Source of the DNA: Dendrobates tinctorius
Lineage: Eukaryota
NCBI RefSeq assembly: GCF_039654945.1
Contig: NW_027361711.1
Span: 25,358,001 to 25,422,000 of the forward strand
Direction of reading: 5' to 3'
DNA: 64,000 bases
Under the pieces are notes generated by a model. It saw only the letters and a program-made list of their open reading frames with translations, did no database searches and had not been told where the DNA came from. Below, one piece after another: positions 14,162 through 26,210 of the stretch. The first letter of the stretch is position 1; the number at the start of each line of letters is the position of its first letter. The translations under genes were made by a program, and so were the position numbers.

Positions 14162-16284
14162 TAACAGATGTGGCAAATTGCTGTTAATATCTGCCAGACT
14201 AATATGCTGAGCATTGACCAGCAGGCAGTGGCCAATCACCGCGTTCCATAAAGTGGTGTAACGATCATAGGCCTGAGGTAGAAGGGCCAGTGGCTACTTT
14301 CAGCTTTGTGAGTATCTTCCTGCTACCTCCAACTCAAAAATATTTCCAGAATCTGCTATTTCCTAAGCCCTAAATCTACTAAAATTTTGGTGCATGCCAT
14401 TGTAGGTATGTGTGCCGACTGGGGGTGGTCCACTTTTCGCCGCGAACATACTTGAGACAGAGACAAGTGTGCGTCCAACAGGTCCTCTTTATTGGCTGTC
14501 CTCTCGACGACCACAGCACCACACACAGCAGCGTGACACCTTCCGCACACATGCCTGGGTACCTTCACTTCCTTCCTTCTCCTGATTGACGTCCCTCGCG
14601 GCTCTTTCACTGTGGCTGCCCTAGGCCTACCACCACAGCGCTTCACCTGTCCCAATCTGTCCGTTTCTGGTACCCAAGGCTTTCCCTGTTCTGCGGCTTC
14701 TTCTATCAGGGCCACCCCCTGAGCGTTTCTGTAGTCAGTGCCTGATGGTGCTTCTTCTCAGTTGGTCTCTCCCTTCAGTCTTCTCCTCTCTTGTGCTCCT
14801 CTCCCTGGACTGACTTCTGGAACTCTCTACCCCTTCTTATATCCCTTCTCTCTGGGTATTCCCCTCTAGAGCTCCTATAACTCAGCCCCCATGACTTTGC
14901 GGCTTCGTAGCCTTAAGCTGATGTAAAGCCCTTTTCTAACTGCTCTCTGCTGCCATCTTGTGACCAAACTACAGTACTACACCATTCTTTCCTATCTCTA
15001 GCTGTCTCCCACCGTCATATACAGCAGTCCACGTCAAGCACACTGTACATTACCCTCCTGCTGCAGACAGGTTCATAGGTCAGTCCACTTCCCCTACATG
15101 CCCCCTTCCTTCGACCATTGTCATCCTCGACAATCTCGTCACCCTTATTTTGCATTCTGAAGCTTCCCCACCTTCCTTTTGTCGGACCAGTTGCTGAGCA
15201 AGGACCGTGATTCGCGGGGAGCTGAGCTAAACGAGGAGCAATCATGCTCCGAGAAGCTTACGGCTACCTGCCAGCACATACGCCACTATGACAATTCCTT
15301 CCTGTTGGGATAGGACCACCCAGATTCCTCTACAGGTGCGTACTTCCCACTTTTCTTCCGTTCTGTGACATTTTGCAATTTGGAGCGCAATGACTGAGGC
15401 TCTAACCTACCAGGTCATCGTCAGCTTCCTCCTTTCGTTTTGGAGTGTTCCCAGTACTCAGGCCTGAACTATGGACCGCTGTCTGTTTTAATTCCACCTG
15501 TTTTCCTGTCCCTTCAATTTTAAATCAGTCATGGTCGGCGTTTTTTTTCTAACTTTAGTACCCGGGACCTGTTGAACATTTTCATTTTTAAATAACATTT
15601 CAAACCAACTGTATATGCTATACATAGTTTTTTAAACCTACAAAAGACAAAATGAAAAAACCCTGCTATAATTAAATAAGTAAAAAGCAAAATGCAAAAG
15701 CAAAATAATACTGTATTTGATCAAACATAGCATAAAAGCTATTAAATTTTGGTTTTTACTTATTTAATTATAGCAGGGTTTCTTCATTTTGTGTTTTGTA
15801 GGTTTTGTATGCTTTTTGGCCATGTGAACATGCATTTATATGCTGCATGTGTACCAACTCAAACCAAGCTCAATTTTTGTGTTTTTACATAGTTTTTTAA
15901 CTATACTATGTTTATTGCTATTACTTTTAAACTTTTTCCTTTGCTTCCAATTTTTTTAAGTAAAGCATAACATTCTTTTTTTTAACAAAACGTGAACATT
16001 AGTGCCCCCCCTTCCTTTAAAGAGAACACTCCCCCACATGCATTCCCGACACACCAGGAGTGGGCATATTTCACCCACTTTGAGGACGTAGAACTGTCCC
16101 CAGGCTGTGCAACGGCGCACAGCAGTCCCGGCAGTCCTTTTTTAAGGATACTCCGGGCCAACTCCTGGCAGCAATGTTTCGCCAACAGCAGGGAACTCTA
16201 CAGCCGTGGAGTCCCCGGGATGCTTGATCTATCCCTGGGTCCCGAGTGTCCCCAATGCCCGGGACCCAGGAGTCCTTCTTCTTT

Positions 16285-17088
16285 TTACAGGGGCTCATAT
16301 CCTTCGGGGTAGGTGATGACCTCCACAGCATAGTAGCCGTGGGGGCAGTACTCCTTGTAGTAGGAGACCAGGCCCTCTTTCCGCAGAACCCGCCAGTGTT
16401 TGTTGGAGGCCATATTAAGATATACTTTGTGGCCGGTTGCAGTGTCCCGGATAAAGCCATAGCCCTTTGCAATGTTGGTGGGCACGAGCCGCCCGGTGGA
16501 CCGTGGGCCAGGCATGGCCGCTTCCCCTTTTTCATGTAGCAGCGCCCAGACCTCCCGCTCTTTAGCCTTCTTCTGCTCGATAACTTCAGCAACCCAAGCG
16601 GAAGGCCCGGTGTAGGCCATGGAACCTGACAAGTGGGCCGTTGTCGGAGCCAGGAGCGGGGCCGAGGCGGCCGCGAGTACTGCCAGGTAGGCCGCAGGTG
16701 GGACCTCAAGTGGAGCAGAGGTGGCCACAGGCATCGGTGAGCAGGCCGCAACCGGAGTCACGGATGGGGCAGAAGGGGCCGCCAGCATCGATGGGTAGGC
16801 CACGGAGCCTGACAAGTAGGCCGCGGCCAAAACCGAGAGTGGGGTGGAAGCGGCTGTGGAATAGGCCGCAGCCGGGACCAAGGAGGCTGTGGGCACCGGC
16901 AAGCAGGCCACAGCCAAGGCCAAGGACGGAGCATCGGCGGCCGCGGATGCCGGTGAGTAGGCTGCGGAGGCTGGTGGCCTGGCCACCGTGGCGATCTGGA
17001 ACGGGGCCAAAGTGGCAGCAGGCCTCGATGGATAGGCTGCCGCCGGGAGGTGGAGTGCGGCAGGGGAGGCCACGGGTCTGTTCTGCAC
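16285..17088 (-). CDS. Ala/Pro-rich protein with a C-terminal cold-shock domain (OB-fold nucleic-acid binding); probably the remnant of a longer ORF
   Basis: STGRLVPTNIAKGYGFIRDTATGHKVYLN...WRVLRKEGLVSYYKEYCPHGYYAVEV fits the CSD pattern: RNP1 KGYGFI, RNP2-like VYLN, and a C-terminal L..G..V.Y....G..A..V-like segment. Confidence 0.7.
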   Translation of the reverse strand: MQNRPVASPAALHLPAAAYPSRPAATLAPFQIATVARPPASAAYSPASAAADAPSLALAVACLPVPTASLVPAAAYSTAASTPLSVLAAAYLSGSVAYPSMLAAPSAPSVTPVAACSPMPVATSAPLEVPPAAYLAVLAAASAPLLAPTTAHLSGSMAYTGPSAWVAEVIEQKKAKEREVWALLHEKGEAAMPGPRSTGRLVPTNIAKGYGFIRDTATGHKVYLNMASNKHWRVLRKEGLVSYYKEYCPHGYYAVEVITYPEGYEPL

Positions 17089-17974
17089 CGGGGGGGTGCG
17101 GGATGGAGCACCGCCAGGCGGGGCAGCTCGGAGTCATTGATGGGAGCGGTGGTCGACCCCGTCAGGGTCATGGAGTCATCCAAAGCCGAGGTCGCTGGCG
17201 GGCAGGAGCCCAAGCGGGGAGGTCAAGGCGTGGGGGCGAGAACTGCCTGCGGTGCTGCCAGCTGGGCCAGGGGAATGCTCACCTTTCCCAGTGCTGTGGC
17301 TCCTGACAGGCCAACCCGCAGCTCCTCCAGCAGCCGATGGTCTTCACCCTGCCGTTCGGCAGGGCCAGCCTCCAGGCCCAATGGGGAGACTCAGCAGGGG
17401 TTCTTCCAGCGATTGCTTCAGCAGGGTCCGGGGTCGCTCCTCTTCCTTGATAGGCATCCAGGGCATCGATAGCAGCTCCCAGGGGCAGCTCTCCCGATGG
17501 GACTCGATCTCCTGATGCCACCTCCATTCCAGGCGTCAGAGGCCACAGCAGCTGCAGCATCGCATTCCGTCTGTTGTCCAGAAGCTCAATGGTGCCAAGC
17601 AGCCGCACCCAGCCTCTCCACCTAGGCCACTCCTGTCCTTGGGTGGGGCGCTGGTCGGCCTCTCCACCCATCTTCCAGGGTTCAGCAAGAGGGGGTGGCT
17701 GTCTCCAGATGTACGCTGCTCCCCCCAGGGGCGGGTTCGGCATAGTCCGAGATTGTCCAATGTGGCTGCAAACTCCTGTGATTCTTTCTGGTGCTGGTAG
17801 GCCACAACCATCCTGCCAAGTCCTTTCCCGCTCCGGATCCGCCTGATGAAACCCAACAATCCTGGTCACAGACCAATTTTGTAATCCACAGTGAAAATCT
17901 TCAACCCGTTTAGCATGGGTCCTTTGGATCTTCTGTGCAAGCTTACCGCTGAAGATGGTGTATTGGTGATGATG

Positions 17975-17992
17975 ATCCTGCCGACTACGCCA
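17975..17992 (-). promoter_or_regulatory. Primer-binding site complementary to the tRNA-Ser 3' end
   Basis: Minus strand TGGCGTAGTCGGCAGGAT, 2 nt from the LTR; complement of the vertebrate tRNA-Ser 3' end ATCCTGCCGACTACGCCA. Confidence 0.85.
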
Positions 17993-19028
17993 AATGTAGG
18001 TACGTGTGCCGACTGAAGGGTGGTCCACTTTCCGCCGCTAACAGACTTGAGACAGAGACAAGTATGCATAGCCTTAAGCTGGTGTAAAGCCCTTTTCTCA
18101 CTGCTCTCTGCTCCCATCTTGTGGCCAAACTACAGTACTACACACTTTCCTATCTCTAGCTGTCTCCCACCGTCATATACAGCAGTCCACGTCAAGCACA
18201 CTGCACATTACCCTCCTGCTGCAGACAGGTCCATAGGTCAGTCCACTTCCCCTACACCATCATTTCCTGTCTCTACTGCTGTAATATCTTCCTCTGTGGC
18301 CTCCCAGCTAACACTTTTACACCTCCCTAGTCTGTCCTTAACTCTGCTGACCATTAATCTACCTTTCTCTTTGCTGCTCTTCCACTTTCACCTCTGTACT
18401 AATCCCTTAATTGGCTCCCAATCCTACAACAAATCCAGTTAAAAATACTACCAACCAAAAAGATCTGTCTCTTCCATATATCTCCAAAATAATCTCTTGA
18501 TATCCTCCCACATGTTGTTTACTGTCTTACCAAGCCCTCCTTCTCTCTTCCACACTCATAAGTTCCTCAGTCAATCCCCTCCAAGACGTCTCCTGAGCAT
18601 CTCCCATCCTCTGAAATTTTCTGCCTTAACATGTACAATTTCCAACACATTCAGAAATTTCTGACACAACTTGAAGACCCATCTCTTCAAGAAAAATTAA
18701 AGCCTGCAATGACCCAGCTTTCTTCTCATCACCACCGGTGCTGCTGCAACTCCGTATCCTACTATCTCCTTCCCATTGCCCTTCAGACTGTAAGAATCCA
18801 AGGGCAGGGCCATCTCCTCTGTTCTGGTTTGCAATTGTTAGTTTTTTCCTTGTAATTTATATGTGTAACCCCTTTTTCAAATTTACAGCACCACTGAATC
18901 AATGGTGCTCTAAAAACAAATAATAATAATAATTATTATTATTATTATTATTATTATAATTGTGGAGCAGAGAAACACTGGCTTAACAGAGGCCTTAAAG
19001 ACATAACTGTGATCTTGCAGGGTATATA

Positions 19029-20658
19029 CAGTTGTGGCCAAAAGTATTGACACCCCTGCAATTCTGTCAGATAATACTCAGTTTCTTCCTGAAAATGATT
19101 GCAAACACCTATTCTTTGGTATTATTATCTTCATTTAATTTGTCTTAAATGAAAAAAACAAAAAAGAGAATGAAGCAAAAACCAAAACATTGATCATTTC
19201 ACACAAAACTCCAAAAACGGGCCAGACAAAAGTATTGGCACCCTCAGCCTAAAACTTGGTTGCACAACCTTTAGCTAAAATAACTGCGACCAACCGCTTC
19301 CGGTAACCATCAATGAGCTTCTTACAATGCTCTGCTGGAATTTTAGACCATTCTTCTTTGGCAAACTGCTCCAGGTCCCTGATATTTGAAGGGTGCCTTC
19401 TCCAAACTGCCATTTTTAGATCTCTCCACAGGTGTTTTATGGGATTCAGGTCTGGACTCATTGCTGGCCACCTTAGAAGTCTCCAGTGCTTTCTTTCAAA
19501 CCATTTTCTAGTGCTTTTTGAAGTGTGTTTTGGGTCATTGTCTTGCTGGAAGACCCATGACCTCTGGGGGAGACCCAGCTTTCTCACACTGGGCCCTACA
19601 TTATGCTGCAAAATTTGTTGGTAGTCTTCTGACTTCATAATGCCATGCACACAGTCAAGCAGTTCAGTGCCAGAGGCAGCAAAGCAACCCCAAAACATCA
19701 GGGAACCTCCACCATGTTAGACTGTAGGGACCGTGTTCTTTTCTTTGAATGCCTTTTTTTTTCTCCTGTAAACTCTATGTTGATGCCTTTGCCCAAAAAG
19801 CTCTACTTTTGTCTCATCTGACCAGAGAACATTCTTCCAAAACGTTTTAGGCTTTTTCAGGTAAGTTTTGGCAAACTCCAGCCTGGCTTTTTTATGTCTC
19901 GGGGTAAGAAGTGGGGTCTTCCTGGGTCTCCTACCATACAGTCCCTTTTCATTCGGACACCGACGGATAGTACGGGTTGACACTGTTGTACCCTCGCACT
20001 GCAGGGCAGCTTGAACTTGTTTGGATGTTAGTCAAGGTTCTTTATCCAACATCCGCACAATCTTGCGTTGAAATCTCTTGTCAATTTTTCTTTTCCGTCC
20101 ACATCAAGGGAGGTTAGCCACAGTGCCATGGGCTTTAAACTTATTGATGACACTGCACACGGTAGACACAGGAACATTCAGGTCTTTGGTGATGGACTTG
20201 TAGCCTTGAGATTGCTCATGCTTCCTCACAATTTGGTTTCTCAAGTCCTCAGACAGTTTTTTGGTCTTCTTTCTTTTCTCCATGCTCAATGTGGTACACA
20301 CAAGGGCACAGGACAGAGGTTGAGTCAACTTTAATCCATGTCAACTGGCTGCAAGTGTGATTTAGTTATTGCCAACCCTGTTAGGTGCCACAGGTAAGTT
20401 ACAGGTGCTGGTAATTACACAAATTAGAGAAGCATCACATGATTTTTCGAACAGTGCCAATACTTTTGTCCACCCTCTTTTTTTGTGTGAAATTATATCC
20501 AATTTGGCTTTAGGACAATTCTTTTTGTGTTTTTTCATTTAAGACAAATTAAATGAAGATAATAATACCAAAGAATTTGTGATTGCAATCATTTTCAGGA
20601 AGAAACTGAGTATTATCTGACATAATTGCAGGGGTGTCAATACTTTTGGCCACAACTG
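19029..20658 (-). mobile_element. Full-length Tc1-like (DD34E-type) transposon with long TIRs
   Basis: TA|CAGTTGTGGCCAAAAGTATTGACACCCC ... GGGGTGTCAATACTTTTGGCCACAACTG|TA; TIRs about 200 bp. Confidence 0.95.
19249..20286 (-). pseudogene. Tc1 transposase, disrupted
   Basis: ORF pieces with the HTH region (KKLSEDLRNQIV), WSDETK, QQDNDPKH and SPDLNPIKHLW; split by a frameshift and stops, third catalytic E replaced by K. Confidence 0.9.
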
Positions 20659-22542
20659 TAGTATAGGCAATCTAATGATTTCTAAGGAACTAGAAAATAA
20701 TGTAAAGAAGATGAAAGTTTAAAAATATAAAACAATTAAAATACATAAATATTCTAATTACGTCCCTTATCATTGTTAAACATGAAGGAAACAATTTAAC
20801 AAATATACATATTTACCACCATCACCATTATAAAAATTGATCAATTAAAATATAAAATAAGCTAACCCAATAAATTAACCTTGGAAAATGGCGACACAAA
20901 ATATTGCTTTTTTACAATATTCTGAATTTTATTTTATAACTGGATAATCATGTTTCCTGGTTATTTTTTTCCAGACAATGAATGCCGCAAAAAACAAAAC
21001 CCCAAAAACAATATCGGAATAGAATTTATTTTCACCATTTCATCCCACTTGTAATTTTTTGAGATTGATAAATGCGGGGTTACTGTCTGGGAAAGTACTA
21101 ACAGTATGTGATGTTGGATGATTATTTACTGCATATAATAGTTACTGTCTTACTAAGCCCCCAATCCAAGCAGTAACGATAATGTGCAGTAGCTAGTCAG
21201 AGATCACAATCTCTTAGCTAGACTAATCTACACTAACTGACTTGCAATATTAAACAACCAACGATCAGCTGCAAGTTTGATGATTGGCAGCCGTTTCATC
21301 ACACATTTATACAAACAGACCACATTCACAATGCATCCATACTGATGAGTAATAGATTAGTAATATATTGTTCATTTGACAGGGGTAGGTTATCAAATTA
21401 GGAGAACTCCTTTGAATTATGATTGGGGACAAAATGAACCAGAGCCACAGGATTAAAAGACACCACAGTCAGATCAACAGTATCTGAGGAGATGTGAAGG
21501 GTATTGCCAAGATTTATTGGCTAATGCCCAAGTTACTACAGTGGAACTGAAGCAAAGTTGAGGAGAAAGAGAACAAGTCCTACCTTGGCAAGCATTGAAG
21601 CAAAATCTAGATCAAGAGTTTGAGAGAGGGACAATTTGGGATGACAGATCTTAAGACCGTTTTTAAAAAGGATGATAAAAGATTGTACGTTAAGGACTCA
21701 CATATATCAGATTTGGCATGAGGCAGGCAGTATAACTCTCCTGCTTATTTTGAAGGCCAAAGATTGTAACAAAAAAGATGAAAACAAGAAAAAAAGGAGT
21801 AGTAAGCCAATAATAATAAATTTGGTATGGAAGAAAAATACAGAATGGGACTTTGAGTATATAAAAAAGTTACATATTTGGTGAATAAATTTCGGCAAGA
21901 TTTCTGTATCTCTCAGCAGTAAAATCGCAGCGACAAAAAGGCATGGTTTTGCCACATTTTCCCTGCTATTTTTACTTACATTTGTGGCACAGATTTTTCC
22001 CCACTCATTAGTATGGGTCGAATTGACACGCTACAGATTTAAATCTACTGCAAATATGCAAATCACAAAATAGCAGCGTGTGCATGAGACTTCAGGATTC
22101 TCATTCTCTTTGCTGGCATCAGGAAACACTTGAGGTTTTGTGACATCTACACTGAAAAAAACAGCTAAAATGTAGCAAAAACGCAACATGTGAATACAGC
22201 CTTAGGCCGGGGTCACACTAGCGATTAAATCGGACGAATGCAATGCGATAAAAAATCACATTGCATTAGTCCCAATGTTATTCTATGGTGCTGCTCCCAT
22301 CATGCGTTTTTTTATCGGATGCGATTGTCACCGATTTTCGGATCGGATTCGCCAATGCAAGTCTATGGATGCGATTAAAAATCGCATAGAAAACGCATCA
22401 CACGTGTGACTTGCGATTAAATCGCAAGACTTCTCCTGGTCAACAGGAAATAGCAGGAGGCATGGCCAGGATCTTTGGGGTGCAAATTTCTCTTGCAGCA
22501 TATAAAAAAACCAGGAAGAAAGCCTCCACGGAGTCCTCCATC

Positions 22543-24401
22543 ATGTCCACGCCAGTCAGTGTGGAAATGCTGATAGTTCTGGTCCAGGAGAGGCCAGAAC
22601 TATGGGACCAGAGAGATCCCCACTATGCTGACCGCACACGCAGGGAGGCAGCATGGAGAAGAATCACCTCGGGAGGAACAGGAGCAAATTAGTAAGTGAA
22701 ATAATGTGTACACATAATCAAATACCTAAATGTAATCTGCTCAATGTAAGTCCCAATATGTGTCGGCATTGCTCACATATCTGGACATAATTACTCCGCC
22801 ATTTTTATTGTGTGCATATTTTAAACATCTAAATTACAACTCCCTGACTGATGGCACCATGACGAATTTGGCTTACAAAATTTGAAAAATTTAGCTAATT
22901 GTTCTGCCACCAATTGCAGAACTCTCTTTGTTTTTTGGCCTGTATCTTAGCCACTATATCACTTTTGTTTTTTGAGTCAAAACATCATAGATGTTCGCAT
23001 TATTACCACAGGGTTTTCTACATTTTGTTAGCAATTCTGTTGGTTAGAAGGTCCTTTGTAGCAGGCCTCAACCTTTTCCTTATTTTTTTGATTGGTGTGG
23101 AGCCAACAGGAATATAAATCATATCATTTGTAAAATGTGTGCCTAAGCATAGGTAAACCCTTGATACCATAGCCATATGTGTGGTGTAACAAAATCCTGT
23201 GTTTTGGTTCACATTGTAGTGACTGATGTGACAAGGCGTTGGCGCAGCTGCAGGGGCACATATAGGAGGGAGAGACAGCTGAGGTCCCGTAGTGGAGCGG
23301 CCGGAACCACAAAGAGAAAATACCTGTACTTCGACCGCCTACATTTCCTTGCTCCTGTGATGGATCTGAGACCATAAGTGCATGGTTTAATGTAGTACTT
23401 TGGATATTCTCTATGCAAAATTTAATTTATGTTATTTTTTCCATTGTAGCACCGAGTCAAACCTCACAGAGAGGGAGACGGGTTCCGACTCTGAGGTGGT
23501 GATTGATCCTGAGTCGGATGTTGCTGCAGGGTCCGGCCCATCTGCAGGACTTCCCAGAGCCACACCACCACCACCAAGATCACCACCACCAGAATCTGTT
23601 AGCCAGGCAGCACAGCATGATGACCGGGGCAACAGTAGCAGCCCCACCATGCCACTTGATCCCTCTCCTCAGCCTTCGGCCCTACCACAACGAGGCAGGT
23701 GCAGGAGAGAAGGAGCACCTTTGGGAACAAGAATGCAGGTGGACCGAGGTGTATTGGACTACTTGTCCACAGCTGCTCATGATGATGGGGAGGAGGCTTA
23801 TGGGTACAGTCTGGCACAGTATTTGAGGGCAATTCCCCGTGGGTACAGGCTGCGTACGAGAGGGGCTCTCCAAATCGTTTTGGATGCCAGCACACCACCC
23901 AATAATTCCCGCAGTGTGTTTCAGTTTCTTGAAAGGTGGCAGCTGTCAGATGAGAATCAAATTGATAGGCTGGTTGGACTTTATGTGACAAGTCAACCAT
24001 CCTTGGAACCTGGCCCTCCTCCTCCTCCACGGGTGCCAACACCTCCACCTCAGCCTGCACACATCCCCAATGTGGCTCCACAGGTCCAGTATATGGGCCA
24101 GAGCGCATATGCCCAATATGGACACTTTAACGTACCCAATGTTGGTGGGTGTCCACAACATGGGTATGTTAGACATGGACATATTGGGGGATATGGGCAA
24201 TTAGGGCAGCCCTACCAGGACTACCCACACCAATATCAAAATTACCCCTACCCAAACCCACAAATTGATCCTGGCAGGATGCAACAGATGGCACAGCCAG
24301 CTGCCAGCGCACAGGGGGACAGAGATGTGGCCCAGCAACCAAGGCCAAATGTCCAAACAGGCCCCCCACCTTCACCACCCCCAACCTACCATGACTTGTA
24401 G
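22543..24401 (+). pseudogene. Harbinger Myb/SANT-like (MADF) protein; exons about 22543-22691, 23220-23373, 23450-24401
   Basis: LIVLVQERPELWDQRDPHYADRTRREAAW, RWRSCRGTYRRE and KYLYFDRLHFL motifs; TATA box at about 22501. Exon 1 is out of phase with exon 2 and the exon-2 donor reads ATAAGT. Confidence 0.8.
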
Positions 24402-24704
24402 GTTTTCCTTTTTCCCTTGATGTAATGTTTTGTGTTTTATACATGATGTTTCATTTTTGGTTTGCACTGTTAAATACTAATGTGCTGATAACATTAGGCC
24501 ATATGCCATTACTATGGTTATTTGGTACGACAATACCAAAAAAAAAACAAGTAATAAACTTGTTATCATTCACAATGTGTGTCTGTTCATGTTCGTACAT
24601 GTTCTGGAATGTGTTAGATAGATATAGTAAAAAGTACTGTTTAACAAAAACAAACAAAAAGGCCAAGCAAACAATCTTTATGAGAACACAACACAACCAA
24701 AGCA

Positions 24705-26210
24705 CTACATAGATAAGGCATCATCTTGCCAGGGCGTAGCACCCTGAGGTGTTAGAAAATAAGCTGTAAACACATCACGTACTTTGAGTCCAGAAATTGG
24801 ACGACGGGGTGGGTTTACATGTGTCCTAGGCCTAGACACATTAGCAGACTCCACTTCAGCAACATCATGTGAGGGGCAGTCATGAATTCTTGTGAAGTTA
24901 TGTAGGACAGCACAGGCTTTAATAACTTCATTGACATTAGCTTCACTCAGCTGAATTGCGGACTGTAGGACCCTCCATTTGGCCGAAAGAATACCAAAGG
25001 CACACTCCACCAGTCGCCGAGCACGTGATAGGCGAAAGTTAAATATTCTACGCCAGTGGTCAAGGGTTCGTCGTGGATATGGCCTTATGACATGTCTGCT
25101 CAATTGAAACGCCTCATCTGCTACAAGAACATAAGGCACCGGTTCCAGATTTGAGTTGGGAAGCTGACGTGGTGGTGGAAGGTAAAGCTCATTATTACGC
25201 AGCCGCCGACCCATAATGGAAGAATTGAAGACTCTGGAGTCTCCAGTTCTTCCATAGGCCACAATATCTACAATTATAAACCAGTAGTGAATGTCAACCA
25301 AAGCCAACAATACTACAGAAAAATATTGTTTATAATTATAGAATTGGGACCCTGAGTTCGGCGGCTTACGCACACAGATGTGCTTCCCATCTAGGGCTCC
25401 AATACATTGTGGAAACTGGCACGTGTCCTCAAATCCACAGGAGATACGCAACCAGTCAGGCATTTTGCGCTCCGGCATTACCACATGATGGAGTCTGGTC
25501 CAGATTTCGGAGCATGTAGACCGTACAATGCCAGAGATTGTGGATTTCCCAATTAAAAATTCTAAATGCAGACCAGCATATGAAAGGCCAGTTGAAAGGA
25601 AGCTAAAATAAAAAAAATAAAAAAACATGAGTACACAGCCCAACAAACAACAGATACAGTTTCAAACACATTTAAAGTCAAGGAATTCTAAAGTAGGCAT
25701 GATGAACATTAAATCACATGCCATGGCTTGGCTCCGTAAACCACAAGCATATAAATGTTTTGGGGAAATGTGGTGGAAATAATTTAAGAAAATAGGGCAA
25801 TAAGAAATAAGGTTCAAGGTCTGTAAAATAAATATGCTGCTTCACACATCATCAACATATTGGCTTGAAACATACCGTAAGGTGAGGAGTAGACGCTCCT
25901 CTGCAGAAATAGCTTTGCGCATCCTCGTGTCCTGAAACGTGATACCAGGGCGCACAATCTCAAGCAAAATATCAAAGGTAGCAAGGCTCATCCGACAATA
26001 TTGATAGAACTTCTCCGGATGGCTACGCAGAGATGTATAGAGAAGGTGGAAATTGCCTTTAGATATCCTTCGGAGCAAAAGTTGATGGACCCACATTCGT
26101 CTACGCCTCCTCGGATCCACAATCACAGGGTATTGCTCCCCAAAACGTCGGGATATAACCCAATAGAAAAGAACACGCTCAGTGGTGTTAAAAGTGAGCC
26201 TGTCTGTCAT
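24705..26210 (-). CDS. Harbinger DDE transposase (HARBI1-like); exons 26210-25876 and 25602-24705, about 410 aa
   Basis: GT-AG intron whose removal restores LTLR|FLSTG in frame; catalytic motifs GALDGKH, VADEAF, VECAFG; no stops in either exon. Confidence 0.88.

Larger units (their letters stand above)
14401..18256 (-). mobile_element. Non-autonomous Gypsy-derived LTR retrotransposon carrying a cold-shock-domain ORF
   Basis: Direct LTRs at 14401-15098 and 17995-18256, both TGTAGG...CCTACA; 4-bp TSD CCAT; PBS at 17975-17992; polypurine tract next to 15099; only a short pol relic internally. Confidence 0.9.
14315..18955 (+). mobile_element. L2 LINE 3' fragment split by the LTR insertion at 14401-18256
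   Basis: Joined flanks read ...YLQLKNISRICYFLSPKSTKILVHA / IS.LYCCNIFLCGLP (L2 ORF2 C-terminus). L2-type 3' end (cttcagactgtaag...gggcagggcc) with an (AAT)n tail at about 18920-18955. Confidence 0.75.

Noticed and set aside
16641-17515. Several long plus-strand ORFs
   Set aside because: Antisense shadows of the GC-rich Ala/Pro coding region of the LTR element.
17975-17992. tRNA-Ser gene
   Set aside because: Only the 18-nt 3' end including CCA is present, next to an LTR, so it is a primer-binding site.
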